DNA of 63,855 bases, the filler included, from Atractiella rhizophila (lineage: Eukaryota), in NCBI GenBank assembly GCA_021432655.1. It is 3 parts of 3 records of this genome, joined end to end, with 100 filler letters (N's around TTAATTAATTAA, not from the genome) between each part and the next. Parts side by side here need not be neighbours in the genome. Positions count along the whole stretch, not along the records: positions 46,246 to 63,855 come from MU271816.1; 2 more parts are not named here. The stretch is one strand, 5' to 3'. The position numbers were made by a program, and so were the translations under genes. Under the pieces are notes generated by a model. The model saw only the letters and a list, made by a program, of their open reading frames with translations. It made no database searches and was not told where the DNA came from. This document shows, piece after piece, positions 52,358 to 63,855 of the stretch. Positions within the stretch are counted from its first letter, which is position 1. Each line of letters starts with the position of its first letter.

Positions 52358-52965
52358 ATGGAATCGCTATCTAACAAAGTCGACCGCATGCTTGATCCAA
52401 CTCCGGACACAGTCCCTCATCAGACGAGGCAGGCAGCTGCCCAGCCTGACGTTTCATTGCAACCAAGCGAAGGTACGGGTATGAAAGACCACATATCAGA
52501 TTCTCACGCTCTCGCTACCTCCAATGTGCATCTCATGGAATCAGGTGTGTCTTCTTGTCTATTCTTCATACGTCCTCTCACGGAATTTGGAAGAAGCCAA
52601 GAAGGAAATTGATTTGAAAGGAGGCTCCCCTGTTCATCCCGGAGAAGGGAAGGTGGTGGAGCCCAGCGACGCGGAGGAAGGAACACATAACCTCGGTTGG
52701 CAATCTTTGACCCAGCCTGGTGAACTGCCCAGTTTTGTGGATGGCTGGACGAATGACGAAGTCTGGATGCTCATAAGGAGATTCAACATGGTAATTAATC
52801 TGTTTTGCAGCGTCCCGTGGGCTCATACTTCATACAATTAGTCTACTGCGAGCATTAGGAAGACAGAAAAGCCGCTTGACTTCGATGGCAAGCTTGACCT
52901 CAATCGAGCCGACCACGTCAAGTTTTCGCCCGAAAAACTCAGGGCTGTTCTGGAAAGAGGATACA
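52358..52965 (+). pseudogene. 5' fragment of the DUF3292 gene (duplicate of 60820-61429)
   Basis: Near-identical to 60820-61429 and cut after LERGY by a junction to F-box sequence. Confidence 0.8.
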
Positions 52966-53171
52966 AGCGTATGAGTAGGGTTTCGTAGAGTTGAGGCTCA
53001 GATAATGGAGACCATATCTTGCAGGTCAAAGCGACAGCCAAGACATCCTTCTTTTTGAGGTATCCAAAAATTTCTAAGAATATTTCATGAGGGACTCGTG
53101 GCAGTGGACGCGCATCTGATTCCCCAACCGTATTGCTGCACGATGTGCCCGTTAAGGTAAGGGTTTGCATG
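52965..53171 (-). repeat. Second copy of the F-box 5' end (about 49793-49999)
   Basis: 207-nt near-identical copy with a few SNPs that diverges right after the ATG complement. Confidence 0.9.
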
Positions 53172-55115
53172 CATCATGAAAAGCTTAACTGACTGATCAA
53201 TATTGATCAGTCCATCAGGTTCATCAGATTTCGGAAAGCTGATTGCCAAGTAATCAGGTAATACAACAGTCTGAGATGATGTGATCAGAAGCCATAGGGA
53301 AACATTTCAGCCGGTGATCATGTAATGAAGTTTTGTGAACAGATGCATATCATGAAGGATATTTAGTCGTATCAGGTAGTGATCATTACTTAGAGCATTG
53401 TGAGCAGAAGGGGATCCGAGTGCGATAGGAGTGTATCAGGTACGTCTCAGGCAGTAAGACGGTAGTAAGCGGAAAGTACCATTTCATGTCTCTTTCACCC
53501 CGAAGCACTTAAGTACTTGATATGACCTTTTCTGAAGGTAATATCAGCCATTATCCATTGCAAATGCCATTGTAGGCTCGAAGAATTAAGCACACTCCAC
53601 TAGATGCATGCCACAGCAGGATAACTAGGAACTAATCGAACGAAGGGACCACGGACCTGTTGGTTGACTCGGAATGAATGGTGCAAACGGATGTCGTCCA
53701 TGTCTACGAAGTGGTGGGGCGTCAGGCGTCATCTCAGCGTGAATCGTGGAGGTTGGAAAGGACGCTGGTCGCAGGGCGGTGGATACACCTCTTGCGAGCA
53801 GTGGGAGAAGTTTGGAAATAATCGTAGGAGACACACCTGAGCCTGGCTCAACCCCCCAAACCACCACGTCAGTGTTACTGCCGCTTACTAGGGACGACGA
53901 AGAGCCAAGTAGACGAAAATAGACGAAAATAGACAAAAGAGCGACGAAGGCTCTCCGAACCTTGAAAAGACGTTGATTCAATGCTAGAATCACACTTTCC
54001 TTCCTTGCTACATACCCCCTAGTAAATTGCAACGCTGACACCCCGAAAACTTGAAAATGTAAAGAGTAACACGAGAGACATCAGGCCATCAGGTGGCAAT
54101 TTTATATCACACTTTCAGCCTTTTTTTCATGCACAATATGGCACTTTGAGCTTGAATGTTGAACCCTTCTCTCACCAACTTGAACTTGAATGGCTGCTCA
54201 CCTGCATTTTGCACGGCCAGTGCTGAACATTAGCAACTTGGCTTCACCACCGCCGCGTCTGCCATGGCACCGTGATTGGGTTCAGGAGATATGGGACATC
54301 TTCATACAATGCGCAGACGAGCCGGAAGGTTGGTAGGAGAGCTGCAGTTGAAGGAGGGTGGCCACTTCGTTCGTACGACGTCGACGTTCAACTTTGCCCT
54401 TTTTGCCACCGGCGGCCGAAAGTAGAACTTGAACCAAACCAAAGTTCAAAATTTCAAAACGAGTTCGAGCTGGTTCGAGTCCCTTTTCCTTCACTGTCAT
54501 GGTCTGCTGTTCTTCTTCGCGTGCTAGGGTCACCGTAGAAAGCAGGGGAGTTATACTTCTTTGTGGCGGAGTGCGGACCAGAGTTCCCACTTTCAGCTGC
54601 CAGACTTACCCGCCCTCTCGCACTTACATCGCACAACTCGAATTGAGCAGGAAGGAGCGTGAGCTGAGCAACGGAGGGGGGAAAAGGGGAAACAAATAAT
54701 ATACCAATGGGTGATGGATTCTCTGCCATTGCACTTATTTCAGAATGGTGAGGTTGCAACGGCCACTGACTAGTCCTTTCGCTTTAGAACAGAATGTAGA
54801 GTATTGTGCTTCTCCTACCGTAATTTCATCCCCTTCCCCCTACTTACCCCCTCTCTTAAAAGCCTTTAAGGCTGTCCTGATCCGGTGTCCGTGCTTTTAA
54901 AACAGTTTACGTTAGTTAAACAGTCTCAAAGGAAGTAGTGAGGCTGCAAGGGATTATACAGTCCAATTTGTACGTTCTTCCATCGTGTTCCTCGCTGGAT
55001 GGGTTAGATGGTTTTCTTAATGGCTCCTGCAAGCATTTCTCAGTCGGAATAACAATAATGTTTATGTGCAAGATGAACATCTATCTACATCAATTTGTGT
55101 TCGTGTGGAGCATTT

Positions 55116-55898
55116 CTACGCATCCTCCATCTCTTCTCCTTCTTCATTATCTTCATTATGAACATCGACATCAAACCCTTCCAAAATATCTGCATCACTT
55201 GTGCCATGGCCATGGGCTACGCGAGAACTATCTGTTTCATCATCGTCCCGAGGAAAGACCTCTTTATTCCACAAAGACATCAACTCCCTAAACTTATTTT
55301 CATGTTGCTCCTTCACAGTTGAAAGCAAGGTGACCGTCCTACGATAGTGGTCACGATAGTTATTGACTTCTTCTGTTCCCGGCTTGATTGGGGTTATCCC
55401 TTCGGCAGAAAAGGCAGTATCACTGCTTAGGGCATACCGAGCCTTTAGAGAGAGTCAACATATAGTCTCTGGTGTGCATAGAAGAGTAGAGGACATACCA
55501 GCGTAGAGGCATAAGCCATCAGGGGGATCGTTATTTGGCGGATTGACAGTTGGCTTCCAATCGTTGCACCTCGTGCACGGTTGCTTGCGCTGTTCATCGT
55601 GGCTGGGCCATGAATGATGATACGTGCAACCTTTACCCGTTAGTCAATAATGTTCAGGGATGAATTGAAGGCTCACTTTGAAAAGAGCGGGGGAGCAAAG
55701 ATAAGCACCTGCTTTGAGGGCTTTTCGGGTGGAATCACGGCAGCGGACGGGAGTTTCATAAGGGGCGTAGACATAACTTTCGTCCTCAATGTGCTGTTGA
55801 ATTTCGTCATTTTCTTGTCTTGCCTTGGGAGACTTCAGATCTGCTGAAGTTGAGGATTTGACATCAAAGATGTCGACGAGGTTATTCGCTACGATCAC
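55116..55898 (-). CDS. Transposon accessory protein (DUF6698-like), 3' exons
   Basis: VIVANNLVDIF...LMAYASTL|ARYALSSD..F...YRDHY...L..WNKEVFP plus an acidic tail. Its 5' exons lie in the complement-only reading of 59197-59930. Confidence 0.55.
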
Positions 55899-58800
55899 GC
55901 ATTAGTTAACGTTCTTACCCTTGCATGGCACCTGAGCAGTTAGACTCCATCCACGAGGACCGCCTGTGCATACCCCCAACTTCCTAACTACCGAGCATCC
56001 TCCTTCTCAGCCTCCAGTAATTGCTTCAGAACAGCTAATAACTTAAGCTCCCTTTCGACCACCTTCATCCATACTTACACTTTGGCAAAGCTGTTCGGTG
56101 TTTCTGCCTTCAACCCTCATGGCAAGACTTAGCCCCAAGCCGATGCCAGGAGAAATGGTGTTAGCTCGACGTTACGTAACTGCCGTAGCTACGCGGCAAG
56201 TTAGCAAACTTAGACGTAGTAGAGCTTGCGTGCGACACGGTAGATGCAAGCGGATTCAACTCGAACTTCAAACTTGTCGCGTGTTTTGAGTGGCTAAGAA
56301 GTCAAAGCGGTAGTTGGCATGACGCTTATCGAGCTCGTTAATGTACGAGAAACTCTCCTGCTACTCGGGAGAGCGGCACACGACACCAAACTACTAGGTC
56401 GCACGGCGGAAGCGACTAGTACAGTTGTTTTACGACACCATCTACTGAAAAGCCTTTGAACAGCCTGTACGGCTTTACGAGCACGTCGCAGACGTCACTT
56501 CGCAACACTCTCCTACGTTAATGTTTTGACTCCGCATGGAACTCCCGTCGAAGTTTGGCGACGTTTACTACTAAAGCTTCATAACTTTAAGCTAGCAGTA
56601 GAACTTGCACGTAAAAGTGTTCCTGAAGCTTTCGCCGGTTGCGAGCGTTACGGCCTTAGTGGAGAACGAGTTAAAGACGTCCTTCCTCTGGTTAGTTGGG
56701 TTGTTAGTTCGTGACATGGGGTCGTCAGTCAAGCCACGATTCACCTCTCTTGGTTTTCTGGTAAGTGGAAGTAACGTAGAACTTAAAGGTACGTTCATTT
56801 CGAGAGTTCCAATCAGTTGGGAGCAAAGCCTTGTACGGCGTTTCTAGGTATGCCGCCGTTCCTTTAGTTCGACCTCATGCGCTCCTACATAATATTTAAA
56901 CGAGACATCTCTCACCGTCTCTGAGTGATACTTAGATGGACAAGAAAGAAACGACAACTCTCCAATAGCTTATTGAAAACGTACTGCACTAGAAACATGT
57001 CAGGTGGTTTCTGCACGTTTCTCAGGCGCCGTTACCTAAGCATCTGCAGTGACGTAAAGTTCGCAGCTTTTCGTCTGACGACTCTGGACTCGTACTCGTT
57101 AAGTAACGCTACCGCGCCACCGCATGGAAAAGTCCCGCGTTTCTGCTGTGCGAACAGTTAAGGAATTGACGGTGTGGGCACGGAAAGCATAGAACCCAGG
57201 CAACCATAACGACCTCGACTGCAACACGAACGAGGTTCGAAGAGAAACCTTTAACGAAGCACTCGGCCACTTCTACACGAAAACCTTGCTCTGTTTAACC
57301 CGTAAATTTGAGTCTTAACTGTGGCTCCTCCTCCTCCTACTATATCGATCACTTACTATCACTCAGGGTTGCTTCATTGTCAACTTTGCTGAGTGTCAAG
57401 ACGGTCTAGGCGGACGTCTTCCTTGTCTGCCCCCTTTTACTCAAATAGTTTGAGTCAAGGCTGAGCTTGGGACTTAGGCTGAACGAGCATAGCAGAATAA
57501 ACGAAGTTTTGATGAGGATAGTGGAACACTATTTGTCTCGCAGCCATATCCGCTTTAAAAAACAAAAAGAAGACGACTAGACATCGTCCTTAGACTAGGG
57601 AGCATTTACTTAAACTGCTTCAACCCTAACCCTTACAGTTACATGAATGAAGCCCGACTTTAGGCTACTCGACCGTGGGAGGAAAAGGTAAAGGCGAGGA
57701 AAGAGCGTTTCCTTGTAAGGGCTCGGTGTATATCTATCCTACTTGACAAAAAACAGGTTTAAAGTGCCGTGAGCAGGGTAGACTCATGTCCTACTACCGT
57801 GGCTGCGTAGGCAGTACCAACCCGTTACTTAGGACCCATAAATGATGGAGTCGCGGAAGTGATTACATCGTTCTTATGTGTGGACGTCAAAGGTGGTAGC
57901 AAACCAACAGGTGTGGAGCAGCATGTGGGAGTGCAGCGCGCTCCCAACGAGCAGTCAGGAAAACTTGAAGAACTGTCCCATCTTAACGTACACGACGGCA
58001 CATGACAGCAGAGCCTAGTGGAGGAAGTACTATAGATAGCCTAGGGCTTACATCTGTACTACGACATAGGAAACAGGAAGTTTGAGTCGTCTTTATTCTA
58101 CACTAGCTTTGACAAATTTGACTCAGTCATAGTTAGAAAGTTTTGATTCTTAGGTGTTTGGCGTCGCCAGTGTGAGTAGGCTAGGAAGAACTCTCAAACA
58201 GCTTCGACGAACTTCCTTAGTTCCCATTTCAAACCTTCCGGTGCAAAGAACTCCAATGCCTTCACTCGTCACTACAGCGCGACCCAGTAGGGAACCTTTT
58301 TCTGTACCCTTCGGTAAAGTATCAGATGAAGCGAGAACTTTCCTACTACCCGACCTTACGACGGTAACGTCGAACGGTGGCCTCTGAACCTCTGTTGTGC
58401 TTTTACGCTCCTTGAACTTCTCCCCATGCTTCACCGCTCCCTTAGCCCTACATTTTGGACCTTCATCGCCGGTGGATCTAGAACGGCGTTGAGACATAGA
58501 TCGAGGACAAGTAGCCGACTTCATTCTAGTCCTCTGACATGACCTCAACCATCCCCTAGACCGTCGTGCTTTAGTTCACGCCCACTACCTCCCAAGCTTT
58601 TAACTGTTACAACACCGACTAATTTTACGTGAGGCTTCAGATTGAGGGTTAGTAAGCCAAAACACACTTCACTTGTGTGTCTGACTGGGTGGAAGTTGAA
58701 CGAGCTGTAGTCTTACCTACAAGAGTAGGTGAAGAAGTAGTAACGAGCTAAGCCTCCACAGTCTTAGAACATATAGGAAACGAAGTAGCAGTCAGTTACC

Positions 58801-59031
58801 TCGAACTCTGTCATACTTACTTGAGTGTAGGAGTCGACTAGGAAGTTGATAGGGGGGCAGATAAGAATATCTAAAGGTCGGTCGACTGCCATGTCATCGA
58901 ACTACGAAGTCTCTAGCTACAAAAGATTTTGGTGGAGACCGCTTGCTTATGTGAAATACTGTTAGACCTGTGAGGTGAAACGGTCCCCCGTCTAAAAATT
59001 GCCGTAACCGAGACCATAAGACTCCACGGTA
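55899..59031. CDS. C2H2 zinc finger + Plavaka transposase, legible only by reading the given strand right-to-left without complementing
   Basis: The reversed read from 59031 gives MAPQNT..CPDCHK..HRSLKH, HPFKSEVDY, RDPIDIMKE, VYDEVWTTKRWWKLQ, AIILYSDGT..FGQKTVHPIYMWLGNVP, FPRLFLLQAD, CPICLVPK and DSLH, with canonical GT-AG introns. Confidence 0.85.
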
Positions 59032-59930
59032 CTATTAACTTCTGTCCTGCTTTCCTCTTTGAACAAATAGTACTGCTCCTCCCTCTGCGCGCGACTGCAG
59101 TACTGCAGTAAGAACAAATGGAGGGTTAGTAGAAGGGCCCGCCCGATATTTTTGGGAGAGATGCTTTCAACAAGAGAGAGGTTCATAAGTTAGGTTTACA
59201 GTCTAGTTCTTTTATAGTGGTCCCTTTTCTTAATGTTCCGTGACATGTTTCGGAGTTTCGCAGTCCACGCAGTAGAGAAGGAAATTGTTTCTTCCCTTAC
59301 CTGCTACACATATCGCGCTATTGTGCGCGGTCCTCGACAGTAATAACGTTCTTTCTCATCACTCTCGTCTCCTCCTAGTCGTCTGTACCCTCCTTCTCGC
59401 ACGGGTCGATGCTCTTCTCGACCTTCGGTACTTTCTTGTCGACGTACGTCTGCTTGGGGGACGGTTCTCTGCTGCGAGCTGAGCACAACAAGGATGTCGT
59501 GGAAGTTTTGAGCGGTTTGAGGTTCGGATAGCTCGACCTTTCCGTCGCCACGACGAGATAGTTGGCACCGGTTACCACCAGCTGTCGCAGAAACGGTTCT
59601 CCAGTCTCTGAGGACTTGTAGGACTGCTACGTCTCACACTTCACCATAGACTGCTACTTCTCCATCTCCTTCTACCTCTACTCGTTCTAGCTTTTCTCTT
59701 CGTTGTCTCCTTGGTGCTTGCGCTTCAGGCGGCGTGGATAGCCTCCAGATTGAAGAAGTTCAAGTAAAAACCCGCAGAGGGTGGGCTTCGACAACTTACC
59801 GTGTTGTCGCGTACCAAAGTTGCGCTTCATAACAGAAAGGCGTCTAGACTGTAATGTAGGATTAACTTTCCTTGTCCACGATGCTCCAGAGCGACTTGTC
59901 TTCTCGCTGTTGCGGGTAGCTTACGCTTTG

Positions 59931-59955
59931 NNNNNNNNNNNNNNNNNNNNNNNNN
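59931..59955. other. 25-N gap
   Basis: Run of N directly after the reversed block. Confidence 0.99.
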
Positions 59956-61429
59956 CGCCTGCAGGAAGTCTTCCAACGCGATCTATTAGTCCTTGTCTCA
60001 ACAGAGCAGCATGAACAGACCGATTAGCATAGCGTCCCACAGTCTGATTTCTGAATCTTCGAACTTGCGCATGCTCCTCTGGCTTTTGTGGCCCAATGAG
60101 GAGCTCTGTTTCGTTGCCATTTTGTCTGAGTTGGAAGGAATAGAAGGTGAGTCCGAAGGGGAGGACGGAGAAGGAGAGCGAGGAAGAAGACAGAGAAACG
60201 GGATTGAAGGATGTGTCGTTAATCTGTGGTGCCATGGTGGCTTCTAGCTCTTTCGCTTGATAGTACTGGGCGTTCGAGCGTTCAAGTCGAGTTGGGAGTT
60301 GGGAGATACCTGTCACGATCTGATCAACTTTATCTCGCGTTTTTTCCGTCCGCTCTCTTGTGTGGTGTTATTTGTCCTCCTGTGTGAATCTTTGAAGTCC
60401 CCATCACAAGATAGGACGCTGTATGCACCAGCAGGATGGCAGAAGGGAGAAGTAGAGCATCATACCAGCCATATCTCTAATGACAGTTAATATGTGAGCT
60501 AACGTATCAAGTTGTCTTGTCCGTTCTTTAGAGGTGGGATCGCGCTTGTCTCTCAACAACTCTGCCTGTTTCCTCTTCTATTCTCCCAGAATTCTACGCG
60601 GTTCTCGCTCTGCGCCTCTGGGGTTGACGCTCAACTTCGGAAATGGTTGCATCGATTTCACACTCATCGAAATCTGAGTTGGGACCAATTCTAATTACGT
60701 CACCACATCCCATTTAAGAGGAGCTGGCTGGCTTGAAGGCCCCTGCTCTCCAATCCGTCAACTACCTTCACTTACTTCCTACTACGCCATAAAAGGGCAA
60801 ATTTAACAAAAGCGACGAAATGGAATCGCTATCTAACAAAGTCGACCGCATGCTTGATCCAACTCCGGACACAGTCCCTCATCAGACGAGGCAGGCAGCT
60901 GCCCAGCCTGACGTTTTTCATTGCAACCAAGCGAAGGTACGGGTATGAAAGACCACATATCAGATTCTCACGCTCTCGCTACCTCCAATGTGCATCTCAT
61001 GGAATCAGGTGTGTCTTCTTGTCTATTCTTCATACGTCCTCTCACGGATTTGGAAGAAGCCAAGAAGGAAATTGATTTGAAAGGAGGCTCCCCTGTTCAT
61101 CCCGGAGAAGGGAAGGTGGTGGAGCCCAGCGACGCGGAGGAAGGAACACATAACCTCGGTTGGCAATCTTTGACCCAGCCTGGTGAACTGCCCAGTTTTG
61201 TGGATGGCTGGACGAATGACGAAGTCTGGATGCTCATAAGGAGGTTCAACATGGTAATTAATCTGTTTTGCAGCGTCCCGTGGGCTCATACTTCATACAA
61301 TTAGTCTACTGCGAGCATTAGGAAGACAGAAAAGCCGCTTGACTTCGATGGCAAGCTTGACCTCAATCGAGCCGACCACGTCAAGTTTTTCGCCCGAAAA
61401 ACTCAGGGCTGTTCTGGAAAGAGGATACA
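59956..61429. repeat. Second copy of 51486-52965 (aldose epimerase 5' end, divergent promoter, DUF3292 5' end)
   Basis: Colinear near-identity with scattered SNPs and small indels. Confidence 0.95.
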
Positions 61430-63233
61430 TTGAGATTGTATGTTTTCCCCTCTTCATTTCATAAACGTGTGGCTCATCATTTACACAGGTAACGCCTTTG
61501 ATGCACCTTGGTGGACGGATCGTCTATCTTCGTTCATGGGAAGACTTCTATTTGACTCTCACTCACGCTCTCTTCTTCGCCATCGCCTGGCTCCTCGACC
61601 ACCTCATCACAGCTTATACACTCACACTTTTCGTCCTTATTCTAGTACCATCTGTCAGACCAATGGTCTTGCCTCCCCCCACCCCAAGCCCACATATCGG
61701 GAAGCGGAGCAACGACTGCAAGGGAGGCATACGCGGGTGCGGCAGCTGAGAGTGAAGCGGAAGCTGTTGTGGACTCCATAGCGGCTGTAGCTGTTGGTTC
61801 GTCATTTGACTTTGTTCTGATTACGTCGACTGATGATGATCTTTTGTGATCAAGGGTCTGTTACTGGTAAAGGCGCCGCGGATAACAATCCTGGTGGAGA
61901 CACAGAGATGGTGCCTGATCCCGAAAAGGCGTTGACTCAAGGAACTCATGCTAGGAAGAAGGCAGAACGTGCCGCGCAAGTTGGTGAGACTGTGAATCCT
62001 GACGGAGGTTTGGAAGAGGAAGGAAAGTTGGATACGGAGACTGAGGCGAGACAGAAGGTGGAGAAGGGCATCTGGGACTCGATGGATGTGGTGATAGCGG
62101 TGATGCAAGACGTGATTGATACATGGGAGAGGTTTGGAAAGTAAGCGTCACTTGTATTGTCCTCTTGCTTTTGCGTTAACCTTGGATCATAGCGCACTGT
62201 CTCCAAAACCTCCGTTTTCTCAATTGTCCAGATTTCGAATGGCAGCTTTAGTCCTGCCAGTGCTCTACTCATCAGTCCTTTCATCTCTTCACAAGCGCTT
62301 GTCAAAGGCACTACGCTCTTGTCCGGAGCGATCTTCTTCTCTCAACCAGTCATCATGAAACCTGTCGAGTATCTCAACAAACATTACCCTCACTGGACGC
62401 GCTGGCTCGAACTTAGGAACTCGATCCTTAAGGGTATCCCCACCAATGCCCAGGTCGCCATCACCCTCCTCCGCACGGCGGAACAAGCGAATGCTCCTCT
62501 TCCGGTAAACTATCTTCAACTCTTTCTTTTGTTCTCGTTCTGACGAGGCGAACTAGCCACCTCCAAGTGTGACCGGGAAAGCGACGACTCCCTCTGACGA
62601 AATGACCACTCCGCCTCCCACGCAGGACAACGACCAAAGACTCGACTCTACTGCTGACACCGCTTCACATGAGACGCACTCGAAAGGCTCCCGTCTCCTA
62701 AGCACGTTCAAATCGATCACAAAGGGCGGAGTGAATACGACTCTCACTGCTGACCACCTTAAAGCAGACCTGGGTTCCGACGCATCCAAGAATCGTTTAG
62801 GCGTTGTCCCAGGCAACCAAGAAGTCCGAAAGGCGAGGCTGAAGGATGGACCTTCGCTCTACGCTTGCCGATATAAAGGAAAGAAAGGGAATTTAGTCAT
62901 CAATACTCAGGCTACGACTCCTTCCATAGCTTTCAGACGCGCGGAAGAGAAGCCAGTTTGGACGGCAATGCTCGATGAGGTCAAGGCGGTGAAGAAGGTC
63001 GGTGGATTGGGATGGAAGAGCAAGTTGCTTGTTGGGTACCTACTTGGATACGAAGTCGTGGACGGTCTATCGATCGAAACGGAGTCGGGTGATAATTGGA
63101 TCGTGACTGCGCTCACCAGGAGGGACGAGGCTTTCAATAGACTGGTGGTACGTCTCTCGTGTCACGAGTGCTCTAGACGAGAAGCTGAGAGTCGTCACAG
63201 GCGATGGGGAATCAGCGATGGGAGACCCTCTGA
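60820..63233 (+). CDS. DUF3292 family membrane protein, spliced (homopolymer frameshifts in the 5' part)
   Basis: Motifs FVDGWTNDEVWMLIRRFN, LDLN.....FSPEKLRAVLER, DTWERF, LKGIPTNAQVAITLLR..E...PLP, KKVGGLGWKSKL and RDEAFNRL. Confidence 0.85.
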
Positions 63234-63621
63234 GATTGAGTCTTTATTTGTAAACTGGCGCTTAACAAGTTTGTACCCGCACCTGTAGAAAGGAAAAGTG
63301 TTCATATGAAAAGCAGTCAATATGCTCAGATGTAATGTAAATAAAAGTTCGCAGTAATACTTTCCGGAGCGCCTCGAGAAAGCTTTCTTGTGTCTGAGAA
63401 TTACTGAACGAATGGAATTTTCATTAATGGTAGCAGATAAAATATTCAACTCGTATGAACGTGATGAACTACCGATAAGCATAGACGACGCAAGACACAC
63501 TCCTCGAAAGAAAATCAAATATACACAAACCGTTCTCAGCGATTATCCATTACCCTCTACTCTAAGCCGAACTTTTAACACATTCACAAACCCCACGTGC
63601 AACAGCACCAAATAGATCCAT

Positions 63622-63855
63622 CTACCTCACTTCCCTCCAAATGACAGGTAAAATGACCATAGCAGCCGTATAAAACACGCGGACGCTCAACCAAGCCAGT
63701 GCCGGATACTCCAACACGGTGGGTGCCTTCTTCCCTGTTCCGTCTGGGGAAGGACGCGGCTGGACGAAGAGGATGTAAATGCTGTAGAAGGCGACGTAGA
63801 AGAAGTGGTAGAGGAGGAGACCAGGGGATGGACGGATGGCGGAGAGGAGGGAGAC
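63622..63855 (-). CDS. ERG1: Squalene epoxidase C-terminus (partial)
   Basis: The minus strand reads LLSAIRPSPGLLLYHFFYVAFYSI...EYPAL...SVRVFYTAAMVILPVIWREVR*, matching the fungal SE C-terminal membrane region. Confidence 0.75.
   Translation of the reverse strand, partial: VSLLSAIRPSPGLLLYHFFYVAFYSIYILFVQPRPSPDGTGKKAPTVLEYPALAWLSVRVFYTAAMVILPVIWREVR

Larger units (their letters stand above)
53172..59930. mobile_element. Plavaka-type DNA transposon (right part mirror-reversed in this sequence, truncated by gap)
   Basis: Absent from the other copy of the locus. The left end has a 22-bp palindrome and dense TGATCA/ATCAG motifs. Contains a Plavaka transposase and a divergent accessory gene once 55899-59930 is un-reversed. 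Confidence 0.8.

Noticed and set aside
57622..57635. AACCCTAACCCTTA telomere-like motif
   Set aside because: It lies in the mirror-reversed block, where the native reading is intronic ATTCCCAATCCCAA, so the match is chance.
55899..59930. Short ORFs listed in the ORF track for this block
   Set aside because: They are by-products of reversed sequence, and the real coding signal is in the mirror reading.

Overview
Intron-rich fungal genomic DNA, basidiomycete-like by inference (short GT-AG introns, basidiomycete-type gene families). It consists of at least three pieces joined by artificial 100-nt N44-TTAATTAATTAA-N44 linkers (23055-23154, 46146-46245), plus two N gaps. Ordinary genes include a TGL-type patatin lipase, a GT90/CAP10-like glycosyltransferase, SEY1, an eIF-2B-like protein, a TauD dioxygenase, a syntaxin, an aldose 1-epimerase, a DUF3292 protein, the ERG1 3' end and several F-box proteins. 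Two regions stand out. (1) 40319-46145 is a patatin-STAND NTPase-TPR (fungal NLR-like) gene with homogenised 120-nt repeats. Its TPR array is interrupted by a 5'-truncated paralog that ends in about 16 TTAGGG telomere units, and the insert is flanked by a 56-bp direct duplication. (2) 55899-59930 is a mirror-reversed block (reversed but not complemented). Read backwards it encodes a spliced C2H2 plus Plavaka transposase, and un-reversing it restores an in-frame join with the flanking gene. This is almost certainly an assembly or processing artefact hiding a real Plavaka transposon inserted at an F-box start codon within a 3.2-kb duplication. Exon boundaries were read by eye, and no database searches were run.
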